NCBI GenBank assembly: GCA_000165425.1
Contig: CT868031.1
Span: 1-64,000, forward strand
Reading direction: 5' to 3'
Length of the DNA stretch: 64,000 nt
Source: Paramecium tetraurelia
Taxonomy: Eukaryota
Position 1 is the stretch's first letter, and every line of letters begins with the position of its first letter. The notes beneath the pieces were generated by a model. The model was given only the letters and a program-made list of their open reading frames with translations. It had not been told where the DNA came from and searched no databases. This document shows, piece by piece, positions 51,206 through 64,000 of this stretch. A program made the translations under genes and the position numbers.

Positions 51206-52219
51206 ATGATATAAATAGGTACAAATCAAGAAGGGGAATTCGTTTTTGATTCAAAAGAATAAGATTACGTTTTATTGGATCTAAATAGCTTACAGGAATA
51301 ATTAGAGTCGGGGAGAAAGAATGAAATTTTTGACTTGTTGCAATAAGTTATGAAATCTAATGAATATTAATCTACGGGTGAAAAAGTGAAAAGCCAAATT
51401 GAATGGGCTTTGTAGACTGTAAACGAGCATCCTTCGGAATAGTATTTTATTCTAAGAGCAATTTAGTTACGAGTTGGAGTAATAATTAGAAAATTAGAGA
51501 TATCCTGATGTGCATTCTGCGAATAAGATCATCGATATGAATATTGGAAAAGTAAAGGCAAGGGTTCAATTTATGTCGTAATAGGAGAGGAGAAATCTTA
51601 TGAAAGTATATTTATTTAAAGTATTGAGACAAAAAGCTTGGAAAGAAGCATTCAATAAATATACTCTTGCAAATAAAATAAATATTATAAGGAGCAATTG
51701 CAACAAAAATACAAATTGATGTAGAAGGACATCATTGATAGAAGGAGGAATGAAATATCGTAGTAAAGATAAAGGCATTTCCACATTATGTAAAGTACTA
51801 AGGGGAAATTGGGATAGATGTAAATTAATTTAATATTAAGGTTACAAATAAAGGTGGAAGAGAACAAGCAATTAAAAGAATCCATTCAATTAGGGTTGTA
51901 TTAGACAATGACTGAATTGAGATCAGATAATGTCAAGGCCTATAGGAGAGTGAAAGTGATGGAATAGGAACAATAAGAGAAACTGTAATTATTTTGGCAG
52001 ACCAAATAAGTAATGGCCAAAACGAATTATAAGAGAAAAGTAGATGATGCTTATATATAAAATATGCAAGCTTAGGATAGACTATTGCAATTAGAATAAT
52101 AAGAGATGGAATTAATGCATAGATTGAGATAGACAGAATAGTAATATTAGATGAGTTCGATCAAATTGGAGAAGATGAAATCGAAATCATATAAGGACTT
52201 GGGAATGATGTGGAGCTGA
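51206..52219 (+). CDS. Coiled-coil hypothetical protein
   Basis: Spliced frame rich in E/K/Q/R ending ...QLEQQEMELMHRLRQTE...GMMWS*. Confidence 0.7.
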
Positions 52220-52308
52220 TTGACTTTTTCCTTTTATTTATTTATTTTAAAAGTTAATTCGTATGTTTATGTGGAAATTAAAAAATTTAAAATAAAGATT
52301 TTTAATAA

Positions 52309-52657
52309 ATGGGTGTGAGAGTGACTTATAGAAGAAGAACAAGCTACAATACAAGATCAAATAAGATCAGAAAAGTAAAGACCCCAGGTAAAAAGTGAAT
52401 TAATTGAAGGTGGCAATGTTGTTGTTTAATATCCAAATAAGAAGACAACTGCATCTACATGTGCAGATTCTAATTTGAATGTTGTTTTAAATGGATTAAA
52501 GAGAATCAGACCCACAAAACTAAAGCAACTCGCAAGAAGATAGAGAACAGTTTCAAGACCATATGGTGGAGTATTGAGTGCCGGAGCTCTTAAAAATAGA
52601 ATCATCAGAGCATTTTTAGTAGAGGAAGTCAAAATCGTTAAGTAAATTAAGAAATGA
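52309..52657 (+). CDS. RPL34: 60S ribosomal protein L34 (eL34)
   Basis: [28 protein letters not shown]...RTVSRPYGG...[10 protein letters not shown]; 1 intron. Confidence 0.97.
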
Positions 52658-53903
52658 TACATTTATACAACAATGAAAAAATAATAACAATCAATGTTCT
52701 GACTGCAAAGGTTCGACCAATTGATCAATAATCAAATCACATTCGGATTGATCATCGATCAAACTTTCTACATTATAGTCTTAAATACTTCCATCAATCA
52801 TAGACAATTGAGAAAGGAAAGAGGAACAACTCTTTGACATTCTGTCATAACAATTTCTTTGGGGCAGCACTCAAATTTCCTTGCACTTTTTTTTTCATTC
52901 TGTTCTATTCATTTCCCAATAACAGGATTTAGAATGATATATACGCATCTCTAAAATACTATCCACTCCATTTATTCAAAAACAAAACCTTCATTAATTC
53001 CTTTCTTCAAATCTAAACCATTAATGTAAATAATATTTCATGATTATTTTTTCATTCCAATCAATTGCAATATACTATACTATTTGATTTCTAATGTTGA
53101 AACATCATTATTCTATAGGTAGTTTAACAATCCAATCTAGTTTATAAATTATTTATTCATAACATTTTTATTGAACTCATTATATTAATTTTATAGCATT
53201 ATATACACAGCCATATAATCTATTCTTTAATTATGTTTTCAATATATCTTATAATATAGACATATAATAATATTGAGACTACTTTTTAGTATTTAAACAT
53301 TCTCACTTTACTATAATTGAAAATCATTTAAAAAAAGATAGAAATTTACTAAAATCCATATTATATTTTTTCATCAATCTTTTGTGAATTAGATTTGAAT
53401 ATCAAATGATATTATGATTAACTAATGATATCAGAATACTTCTTTATCAAATTAAATTTATAAGAGTGTAATTTGTTTACAAAGATAATAAATATAATAT
53501 TAATTTAGTGAATTTATTTATTTTTAAGAATGGGGTATAAATAAAATAATCCTCAAATTTATTAGTTCTAATTTTTTAATTAAGTTCAATTAGTGTTATT
53601 AAAAAGGAACCCCACTTGATATTTTAAATCGGGATTAAATATTTTACATCTCATGCATATTTTGTCTAATTATTAATCAATTTATGACGAATAATTAATA
53701 ATATATCTCTTCAGGGCTGACAGATAAAATAAAGATAGGAGATTGAATTAGATTTATCTCACAAAAATTAAGAATAAGGGTAAAATAAGCAATTCTCTTG
53801 AAAACTTGATTGAAATTTAGTATCTTATGTTTTAATCTGAAACAGTAAGAAAAATCACATTATTGTGAACGATATAAGTATTAAAATATAATTAATATAA
53901 TTT

Positions 53904-55751
53904 ATGAACAACAATAAACTGAATCTCTTGGAGGTTTTAAGAAAGAAACGAATAGAACAACAAAGCGAGTAAATTCCAAAAACTCCGCCTTTATAGAAAC
54001 AAAAATCTAAGGAGGAAATTCGAAAATATTTGCTCCAGAATCCCAAAACTAATCTTATAAGTCTATTCAAAAAGAAGAGAGAGGATGACAATACACCTTG
54101 TACTCGTCAGAATTTGCTTAAATTTTATGACAGCCAAGGCAGAAGTTCCATTCTCTCTCCGATTTGTGCTGCCAACCATGTCCCATAAAAAAGTGTATCA
54201 GATGAGAGTACCAATGCTCTATAGGTATTGTAACTATTATATCAATCATAGATTACGATACCTAAGAGAATGTCACTCGTATCTCCAAGATTGCAGCATT
54301 TAAATTCGCAGACATCAATACTAGAATCTCCAAACGAAATCGAAAGTTTTATAGTGGGTGGATCTAATGCGTCTAAATTAGACTTAGATGAACATTATTT
54401 AAGGATTGAGAATGTTGATGATAATCCACGGATCATGCGATCATAATCATAATGTTAGGATGAAGCTTAGATGGCAATACTTCCGAATACTTTAAGTGTT
54501 CCCATGGGTAAGGGACCAAGGAGATTGCAATCATTTTCAGTAGGTGACCCCTTTAGAAATGGAATAAATGCAGCAGAGTAGAGGAAATCTGTAAGGTTAA
54601 TGAGAGGATTGAGTGGAATCCATTAACCAAAGGAAACATAGATCTTGGAGAGATCTAGAGATGAGGCAGGAAGAAAGAAAATGAATAACTTCGTAATTTT
54701 ACATGAATTGGGCAGAGGTGCCTTTGGAAAAGTGCGTTTAGTTTATAATGAAATTGATTAACAATATTACGCAATGAAAATAGCTGATAAAAACAAGTTG
54801 AAGCGGAAGTTACTAACAAAAGAGACCTCAGCATATTCATTATTAGAATAGGAAGTGGCGATATTAAAAAAAGTTGATCATTAAAATGTAGTTAGATTAG
54901 TGGAGGTTATAGATGATCCAGAAGAGAGGAAGTTATATCTCATAATGGAATATGTGAAGAAGGGATCCATCAATTCAAAATAGTATTGGAAATCTGAAGG
55001 TGTGAATATTGATTGGGATGAAGGAGAAAAGCCGCCTAAAATCACTTGTGAAAAGATCAGGAAGTATTTGAGACATTTCCTACTTGGATTAGATTATTGT
55101 ATTAATACACAGTTATCTATTAAGTACACAACTTTGCCAGAATTGTGCATAGAGATATTAAACCAGATAATTTGTTGATTGATGAGTTTGACAACTTAAA
55201 GATTGCAGATTTTGGTGTAGCATAAATGTATGATAGTTCATCTGCTGATTTGATCTAAGGTGATGTTGGAACCAAAGCCTTCTTGCCTCCAGAAGCATTC
55301 AAGACTTCTTAAGTCAAGGGGAAACCAGCAGATATCTGGGCTGCTGGTATCACATTCTTCATGCTCACTTAAGGAGGACATCCTTTCCCAGCTAAAAATG
55401 TTTAATAACTTAAGGAGGCTGTTTTCAATAATGAGATTAGGTTCTCCAAAGATACTGATCCAGATTTGGCAGATTTCCTAAATTGTTGTCTTAAGAAAGA
55501 CGCAAGATAACGACACACACTTGAGTAACTTATGGTATAATGTGAAGTCTAATTAGGATCATCCATTTATTACAAGGAATGGAGAGGAACCATTAATTGA
55601 ATAAGAGTTTTCGGATGAAAATTTCTTCATCTCTGAAAATGAAATAAGCAAGGCACTCTCCAAAGTTACTATAAGAGCTACTGTGAGAGTCTTTGCCAAA
55701 CTTAAACAGAAACTTAATCAGTCTAGATAGAGAATAAAGAGACAGTAATGA
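53904..55751 (+). CDS. CaMKK/GRIK-family Ser/Thr kinase
   Basis: [53 protein letters not shown]. Confidence 0.92.
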
Positions 55752-56184
55752 ATATAAACACACGCACTCATTTTTTTATATAATTTATATTAATCATTCA
55801 TACCTTAATATCTCAACAATCTTAATAATCATTTAAAATATCTCAATAAATTTAATCTTATTAAAATTCTAATTAACTGTTTAACTTTCTATTACATCTT
55901 TTAATTTAATACAAAAGATAATGATATACTTATAATGCTTAAAAGAATATAAGCACTCTTTTGAAATCAAAATAATATCTTTATTATTCTTAAAATTTAA
56001 TATGACCTCAGATAAGATGGATATCAATTGGAATATAAGATTTTGGTAATCAATTCTTTGGATATTCACACAATCTAAAATTTGAACTTATAAAGTATGA
56101 ATTAATTATGGTTGTTTAATTTGATTGCCATATTTCAAAAATGAGAGCAAATAAGTTTTATTTTGACTATTATTTAATTTATTT

Positions 56185-56917
56185 ATGAAAGTCTTACAGG
56201 CACTTAAATCAACAAAATTCCCATTTGCTTCATTCACAAACAGAGATGTCAAATCAGATTTTCAAATGTTGAAACCTCATTTCGAAACACTTATACCTGA
56301 TCTCTATTTGCAAAAGAGACTCAAGTTGCCAGCAGATAAAACTATGAGATAAAGAAGAATGATGAATTATCACATTGAGTTCGATAAGGATGGCAATATG
56401 ACGAGGTTCCATGAAGAATATCGTCTAGACAATTATGACGAAACCAAATGTCTCCAATACGCAAATGTCTACGAAGAACTGACCAAAGAGATGAAGCAAG
56501 ATCAGATCTATAAAGACTTCCTTTACAATACTCTTCAAATTACTTGGCAATTAAAATAATACAAAAAAGCTTAAATCTCTGTCCATGCAGTCAGAACCGT
56601 AATAATATTCTGTATATTTACATTAGATATCATATCCCGATTAACCTGCTCAATCCACTCCAGAAGGACCAAATAGAGATGGAAATGACTTAGAAATCAT
56701 CGGAGTAGTTAATAAGATTAACTGCCAAGGAGCGGATAGCCAAATCTATAGTCCTGATAAAACTAAGTTACTATTTGAAATGAGTCTCGAACCCGGAGAA
56801 GGATACATTATAGACGATAAATCACTCTGGAATTATGCCACTTCCCATAAACCAGTAGATCAAAGCTAGGTTGGAATTCGAGATATATTGGGGTTTGTAC
56901 TTAAAATTGATGAATGA
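56185..56917 (+). CDS. 2OG-Fe(II) dioxygenase-like protein (BsmA / 2OG-Fe_Oxy_2-type) with altered metal ligands
   Basis: ISVHAVRT...STPEGPNRDG...LEPGEGYIIDDKSLWNYAT...GIRDIL; 1 intron. Confidence 0.8.
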
Positions 56918-57019
56918 ATATACATAACCACAATTATATATAATACAAGCATTTTAATTTATATTAATTTTAATTCTGCTTATTTATAAGCAAATTATTA
57001 TATCATGCTAATTATAAAT

Positions 57020-57436
57020 TCAATCAAATTAATCAAGCTAAACTTCATAGACTTTCGGCTCCTTTTCAACTGTTGATACGATCTCAGAATCAGAATCAAA
57101 TGATGTTATCTTTATGGTTATCGTGCTGACCTGAGAGAATTTTCGATTCTAATTTGATGCTGTTCGAGGCAAAGGATCCACAGACTACTATTTTTTTTCC
57201 TTCTTTGTAGTCTTGGTCTTTCCTATAGGTTCTGTTGGCTTTTTGGCTGGCGTGACATATTATTGAGCTTGTTTCTTGTAATTTTGCAATATTTTGTGGA
57301 GTGTAGATTACTTCTCATTTTACATAACCTTAGTTAAAATTTTTTGTTTTATTGATTGGAAAGAACTCTTTTACCTAGGTAGTGCTTATATAAAGTATGA
57401 TTAAGTTGTAGGTATTCCATTCAAAATGCTGGCCAT
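57020..57436 (-). CDS. Hypothetical protein (138 aa)
   Basis: Intronless ATG..TGA frame MASILNGIPTT...VYEVQLDQFD. Confidence 0.65.
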
Positions 57437-57678
57437 CTGAAAATTATAAATAGAAATTTTTATTGTATTTAAATTTAAAGACAAGATTCTTTTTATTATT
57501 TGAGATGATTTAAATTTATTAATTGATTATGATTCCATCAAAATAAACTAAATAAATCAAATTGTAGTTTATTTCAAATAGTATGAAAAGGGATATCTGG
57601 AAATTTGTATATCTTAACTAATAATTGACAGAATATTGATAGGTTGATAGCTAAAATTGTGGGATATAAATAATTTAT

Positions 57679-58446
57679 TCATGGTTAATTCTCAACAATG
57701 TTTAATGAATCATCCATATGAATGAAATGACTATCTTAGATCATCTTTTAACCTTCTATAAACTTATTTTGAAACTAGATTAACAATTATTTTTATTCAT
57801 CTTCATTTATGGGCTCAAAAATTGTATCTCTCAAACTGAATGCTTGTGCTTCTGCTAACAATTAATTTCTAAATTCCTCCACATCAAAATCATTTTTCAC
57901 GAACATAATTGATTTATTGCTATTCAGATAAATTGAAAAAGCTTATTTCAAATTTTATTTGTCTTATTCCTCATTGTCGCTTAACTAAAAGTCAGTTATT
58001 ACTATAGTGATCTTCTCTTTGAATTTTTTAAAATACTTATAAAGTTCCAATAGTTTTTTCCTCATTAGATCTGTTCTTTCAAAGTTGACTAAAAAGAAAA
58101 AATGTGCAATATGGTTTTTCTGCATGTATTGCTAAAATATTGTAATGTTGATTTCCCTTTATTCAATGTTTTCAAAATCTAATGCAGGTGTATACACTAA
58201 ATCAATATCCTTCCTTATTAAACATTCTTAAATCCCTTATTCTAGCTAATTTGAGTTTTTCAAAGTATTAACAATTTTTTTAAATAACTTTGTTTTTCCA
58301 ACTCCTGGTGGACCAACGAGAATATATTTGAGTGTTTAGAAACTTTGATTGTTGTTTAACTTTTTGACTTTCTCCTAATAAATTTAATAAAGTGCATAAA
58401 TAGAAACACCAATAGCTAAAACATCTAATAGGTTTTAAGCCTTCAT
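57679..58446 (-). CDS. P-loop GTPase-like protein with an N-terminal hydrophobic anchor
   Basis: YILVGPPGVGKT; IDLVYTPA; FFFLVNFERTD; ITIVITD; intronless, 255 aa. Confidence 0.75.
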
Positions 58447-58633
58447 CACGCAGGTTAATTTTTTTAATGAATTTTCGAATGTCCTCTGTTTATAAATTTG
58501 AATAATTCTATTAAAGATAATTTAAGAATAGTATGTATAAAAAGTATTTAATAAATATTGAAACTATTGTTTACGAGACAGGAAATGAAAAGAATGATTG
58601 CATAAATATGAATAACAATAATTCAGTGAAAAA

Positions 58634-60299
58634 TCATTTTTTAGGTTTTCTGAGTTTAGCATCTTATCTTTATTGCATTTCTAGATCGTCCTTCTCCTTT
58701 TATGCTTCCTATACTTTGTTGCGTTTAAGTTATCTTAAGTCTATTATAATGTTAACAGAGTACCAGGCCTGAATGATGCATCGCTTAAGAGAAATGGATT
58801 AGGTTTAAACACTTTGCATTCATATGGACGTATGTAATTGACATCCCAATATCTGACTTCTCCGAATTCAATATATCCCATGTAGGTTCCATAGACCTTG
58901 CAGACCTTCTTCCCCCTTTTTTTGATTTCTCCAGACAGGTAATCAGATGCCTTCCATCTGACACTATCCAATTCAACCTAAGCTGAAATATCATTCTTTT
59001 TATCCAAGAAGGTAATCTTGCCTTTGCATTCGACTTTCATGGGTCCCCAGAAACTTCCACTGTATTCTTCTCCTGCAAAATTGTATTCAATTAATTCTCC
59101 ATCAGCAAATTGCAAAAAGCGTTTCCCCTTGTTTTTCAAGGAGAGGGAGTTGACTCCTGCTTTGGCTTCGTAATTATAATAACCATAAAATTTATAACTA
59201 TTTTTGGGACCAATAGTTAGAAAATAACTAACTGGAGGGTGGTGTGAGATCTATTCTACATAGGCAGTGGTGCCATCTTGATAGAACCCGGAAATGGTTT
59301 CGCCCAAGATGGGATTTAAGGGTTTGAGAAAGGAGCAATTCAAATAGAAATTACCTAAGGTGGCACAAATAATTAGCTTCATCTAATAATAGGGTTGATA
59401 CTTTACTCTTTCGATGGGATCTTTCTCGAGGACTGCTCTGTTAATGTAAAGGGGGAAGAGACAACTAGACATCAAGACCTTTTCAAGGGCTGACTTGGGA
59501 ATCATGGCCTTGATAGGGAATGACACGGTTGTTAAATTTAAATTACCAGACAAAATCTGTTTACCAATTTATTTGATCAATTCTTTGCCTATTGCTCTCA
59601 GAGTTCTTATTAATTTTTTGTTTTTGCACACTTTACCTCCGTCTTTGTGTGCTAAGGTTGATCTGGATTCTTCCTTCGATTAAAGTGGTTTAAAATTAGA
59701 GACAGCCTTCAAAATTAATTCTTCAGTATTGTCTGTGTTATAATCGTGTATTTCCCTGGCCCATTTATAGATGGCTGCATTCTTGGCCTCCTCCTCTGAT
59801 ATTTCTCGCTCTTCGTCTTCTTCATCCTCCTCCTATATTACTTCAGGTTGATCAGGGATTTCTTCAAGTTATGATTTGTCGTTTTGGTTATTTTTTACTT
59901 CAGCTTGAATTTGAGGATAACTGACGATCACACTCAAATCTTCCTAAAAGTCGATTTTAATTTCCTCCTGCTATTACGACTCTTTTTTCATATTTTACTA
60001 TTTTTCAAGAAGACTCATAACAAAAAGAGTAAAGGGAGTTTTGCCAACGACGAATGAGGGACATATGGAGGCTGAGACGTTTTCGTCCTGCACTTAATAT
60101 CCGACTGAATTCTTCTTGGGTCTTTCTTCTATTTCTAACTCTACTTCTTGCTATTGATTGGTTCTACAGGATCTAATGTTTAAGTTTATAACTAATCAGA
60201 TTACCTGTCTACTTACTGATTCTCAGGTGCCAACTGTTCCGATATCTCTACTGGTTTTTTGTTTTCATCTTTCTTTTTAGATGATGAGCAGCAAAACAT
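58634..60299 (-). CDS. Oxysterol-binding protein (ORP) with an acidic N-terminal extension
   Basis: NLTTVSFPI, FLKPLNPILGET, EQISHHPPVSY; MFCCSSSKKK start. Confidence 0.93.
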
Positions 60300-60589
60300 T
60301 ATTTTTTATATAATTATATTTTGTTATCATTATTGCTTTAATCTTACAAATTTCAGTTTGATGTGATTTGATTATTTGATTGAGTAAGATATCCGAAATT
60401 AATCAACAAAGATGAATTATCTAATTCTTTTGATCAGTAATATTTTGAATTATTGAGTGCTCTCAAAAATTCAGGTGAACTATAAAATTGTTTCAGAATA
60501 ATTAGAACGCTTAAGAATCATTTTTCTAAATTATTCTAATGTAATCATTCCCAAAATATTAATCTTTAATTCTTGTTTATAAAGTTAAT

Positions 60590-61912
60590 ATGTAAAAAAT
60601 TTAATTTAATTGTACTATTTGTTTGAATCATTTAAGCGATCCCACCTGCCTCTCTTGCGGACACACCTTTTGTGAAAAATGTATCAATCATCATTTGAAA
60701 CTCAATCATTCTTGTCCCCTGTGTAGAAAACCCACATTATCAGAATGGCCTGTCAATGAAATGCTCAAGGAAGTACTGTTGATACTTTTTGAACAAGGAC
60801 CTGAAGGTAAATTGTATCTCCCTATTCGACATTTAGTTCTCCAAACAGAATTTCCACAAATAGTATTATGTTTGGATTGTGGCCTTACTCCTATTAATCC
60901 AGTAGTGTTACCTTGCCAACACCTCTTCTGTCTGTAATGTTATCAAAATGACCTGGTTTAACAGTACTGTCCTGTTTGTCTCCAACAATGCATGATTACC
61001 TAGCCCAACATCAATCTTCTTTTCAATTAATTTTTGCAATGGTACTGCGAAACCGATGAAAAGTTCCTCCTCCAAGATTAACAAGTGCATTCCATGCCCA
61101 TTTTTCTATTCGATAAGCAAATATGCTATAGAAGGAATTTCTCTCTCAGAATCGTCGAAGATAGATATAAATAGTTAATAAAATTGGCCTCACATGGATC
61201 AGGTAAATTTCCTGTGGTTCCCCTTACTGACCAATTGCCCGTTTATGCAGATATGGTCGAAATAGTTAGCATAACAGATCAAATAGAAATTGTTGGCTGC
61301 GATAGATTGCTTATTGACGCAATCTATTGCTACATAAACGATGAGAAAATACCCTTCACTCCCAACACCTTCAAGGCTCTACCCAATCAACTGTGGCTCT
61401 GCAATTACACCCTAGTCAAAGATAATCAAGACAAGTCTTAGGTCTCGAACAAAATCAAACAGTTTATCCAAGTGACTTTTGCAGAATTGACGGAGGAGAT
61501 GAAATCGTTATTTGAAAAACCATATCATTTAATGGGCATTTTTGGAACCAAATTTCATTAAGTAAACCCAAGTCTTATTATGATCCAACTATTAAAGATT
61601 ACCAATCAGTAATTCTAAAAACTATATTATTCTAATGATGAATAATTAAGAAATTAATTTATCTGGAATTTCATTAATCAAATTTAATAAAAAATTATTT
61701 AAATTATTGGTAACCAAACTCAAAATGCCAAATTGAAACAATTAAACATGGATGAAGAAATATAATTGCCTAATTTGTAGTTTCATAACATTTACGAAGA
61801 AGAAGAAGAAGGCTTTTCGCAAGATCTAAATGAATCATTCTCAAATATGACAATTACTCAACAAATCATTCTCAACCTGTTTCATCTTCACAAAGTACCA
61901 TTTTTTTAATGA
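60590..61912 (+). CDS. Tandem RING + LON substrate-binding-like domain protein (LONRF-like)
   Basis: CTIC...SCGHTFCEKC...CPLCR; second CLDC...PCQHLFC...CPVC; MPIFLF...SLRIVEDRYKQLI. Confidence 0.8.
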
Positions 61913-62742
61913 TTGTTATTTCTTATGTTGTATATCATATACTCGAAATTTTATTTATATCCTACAATAAAATAACAATAAGAGTTATAATATTCAAAAC
62001 TATCCTCCTCCCTTCAATAAGAATTCTATGATCAGTTAGAGAATTAACAATACAATTAATTAATTGTATATATCATTAATGCATTTAATACTAATTTTAC
62101 TTAATATCCTTATATATTTTTTAGCAAAGTATAAAATTAAGCTTAAGGCATAATAGTTTAATAAATCTATAAATCAAGAGATTCAGTTTGTAGACTCTTA
62201 CTAATTTTGGCCTTTTTCAAGTTTTCATATGAAAAACTAAATATAAATTAATCTTCTAATTTAAATTATATTAACTTATAAAATTATCATTAATTTTCTT
62301 TCCTAAATTTGTAAAACCCTATATTTTTCTCTTATTCAAACTATTACAGATGTTTTTGATGCTCAAGTTCTATTTAAATAAATAATATATAAAATGTATT
62401 ATATAATATGACTAGCACAATCTGCCTTTTCAATATCTTTCTTTATTATTCAATATTTTACTACTATTTTCTGCTTCTCATTTTATAGTATTATTATATC
62501 AATGAAGATCTCTTATACTAATTCTCTTTTATTCTAATACTATAATTTCTCTTTATGATATAATTAATTTTTGGAGATAATTAAAAATAAAATATTCTTA
62601 TAGATAATAATAATGTAATGTAGTAATTCATCATTGTTTAGAATTATTTTTCAAATAAATTTATATTCATAAAAATAGCAAATATAAAATATATTAGCAT
62701 TTTAATTACAAATTTTTTTATATAATTAAAAAAAAGAAATCA

Positions 62743-64000
62743 ATGGCTACAACCAAGGTAAAAAAATCAAAAAAAGTTGAAGAGGTTGAATAGGTTTAAG
62801 ATGAGGATGTGATAAAGTCCACTCATTAGGGACCTAAAATTGATTCCTCAAATTGGCCATTGTTATTGAAGAATTATGAAAAGATGAACATATTGACCTC
62901 ACATTATACACCAATTCCAAGTGGATCAGTAAGGATAGATTATTAATATAATAGACTCCATTAAAGAGACCATTAATAGAACATTTGAAATACGGTGTGA
63001 TAAATCTTGACAAGCCATCAAATCCATCATCACACGAAGTTGTATCATGGATCAAGAGAATATTAAAAGTTGATAAGACCGGCCATTCAGGGACACTTGA
63101 TCCAAAGGTTACAGGAGCATTGATCGTGTGTCTGAATAGAGCAACAAGACTAGTGAAGGCATAGTAATCAGCTGGTAAGGAGTACGTCGGAATAATAAGG
63201 TAAAGATGATGAATAATATTATAGATTACATGATGCAATATCATCAGCAGCTAAGTTGGAGAAGGCTATTTAGGATTTGACAGGAGCTGTATTTTAGAAG
63301 CCACCTGCGATTTCAGCAGTGAAAAGAGAATTAAGAGTTAGAACAATTTATGAGAGTAAATTGTTTGAGTATGACCCTGAAAAGAGATTGGGAATCTTTT
63401 GGATGAGTTGTGAAGCAGGAACATACGTGAGAACTCTATGTGTTCATTTGGGTTTGTTATTGGGAGTAGGAGGTCACATGGAAGAGTTGAGAAGAGTAAG
63501 ATCAGGAATATTGGATGAGAACAAGTACATGGTCTCAATGCATGACGTATTGGATGCCTAATATCGATATGAAAAATTTAAGGATGAATCCTATTTAAGA
63601 CATGTGATCATCCCATTGGAGGTTCTCTTGACCAATTACAAGAGAAGATAGGTCGTTAAGGATTCCACTGTTAATGCTATTTGTTATGGAGCAAAACTAA
63701 TGGTTCCAGGAGTTCTTAGATTTGATGATAAGATCGATATTGGTGATGAAATTGTGTTGATCACAACCAAAGGAGAAGCCATTGCTGTAGCTATTGCGTA
63801 ATTTATTCAGTTTTATATGTTAGTTAAATGACAACAGGTGAGATTGCATCATGTGATCATGGAGTCGTTTGCAAATCCAAGAGAGTCATTATGGACAGAG
63901 AGACCTATCCAAGAAAGTATATTATTGTCTTATCCTTTTTAGATGGGGTACTGGACCAAGAGCTCTTAGAAAGAAGGCTTTGATTAAAGAGGGGTTACTT
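62743..64000 (+). CDS. DKC1: Dyskerin/Cbf5 H/ACA rRNA pseudouridine synthase (3' end lies outside the window)
   Basis: [46 protein letters not shown] region. Confidence 0.97.

Noticed and set aside
52690..53160. Coding-like minus-strand stretch after RPL34
   Set aside because: All frames hit TGA and no family was recognised; at most a remnant. GGTTCGA near 52710 has no tRNA cloverleaf context
62834..63538. Minus-strand ORFs in the track
   Set aside because: Antisense shadows of dyskerin
63635..63660. YKRRQVVKDS instead of the usual YKRIVVKDS in dyskerin
   Set aside because: The frame is preserved; a one-residue insertion or local sequence error cannot be judged here
6215..64000. A functionally linked gene cluster forming a new system
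   Set aside because: Neighbouring genes have unrelated functions, as is normal for Paramecium; the several pseudo-enzymes show no evidence of being linked

Overview
This is the left end of a ciliate macronuclear chromosome, almost certainly Paramecium; the species cannot be determined from the sequence. Evidence: CCCAAA/CCCCAA telomeric repeats at 1-46, very AT-rich DNA, TAA/TAG read as Gln with TGA as the only stop, and many 21-30 nt GT..AG introns. The supplied standard-code ORF track is therefore fragmentary, so genes were re-translated by eye with the ciliate code and boundaries are approximate. About 6 kb of subtelomeric sequence holds a telomere-truncated gene and degenerate ORFs. It is followed by about 38 densely packed genes, including RING-CH ligases, a CDPK-like protein, DHHC, TBCA, MFS transporters, an OB-fold protein, pectinacetylesterase, a Vps8-like protein, UBE2J, a KDM6-like JmjC protein, calcineurin A, OSCP, YIPF6, CK1, ARL8-like, calpain-like, RPL34, CaMKK, OSBP, LONRF-like and dyskerin. 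The most notable features are several apparent pseudo-enzymes (an ARID-like/KDM6-type JmjC protein lacking both Fe-binding His, and a bacterial-type 2OG-Fe dioxygenase with both His changed to Asn), a telomere added inside an ORF, 10-12 bp intergenic spacers, and an OB-fold protein with an (RDN)n tail. No tRNA, rRNA, CRISPR or recognisable transposon was seen, and I cannot support a coherent novel multi-gene system.
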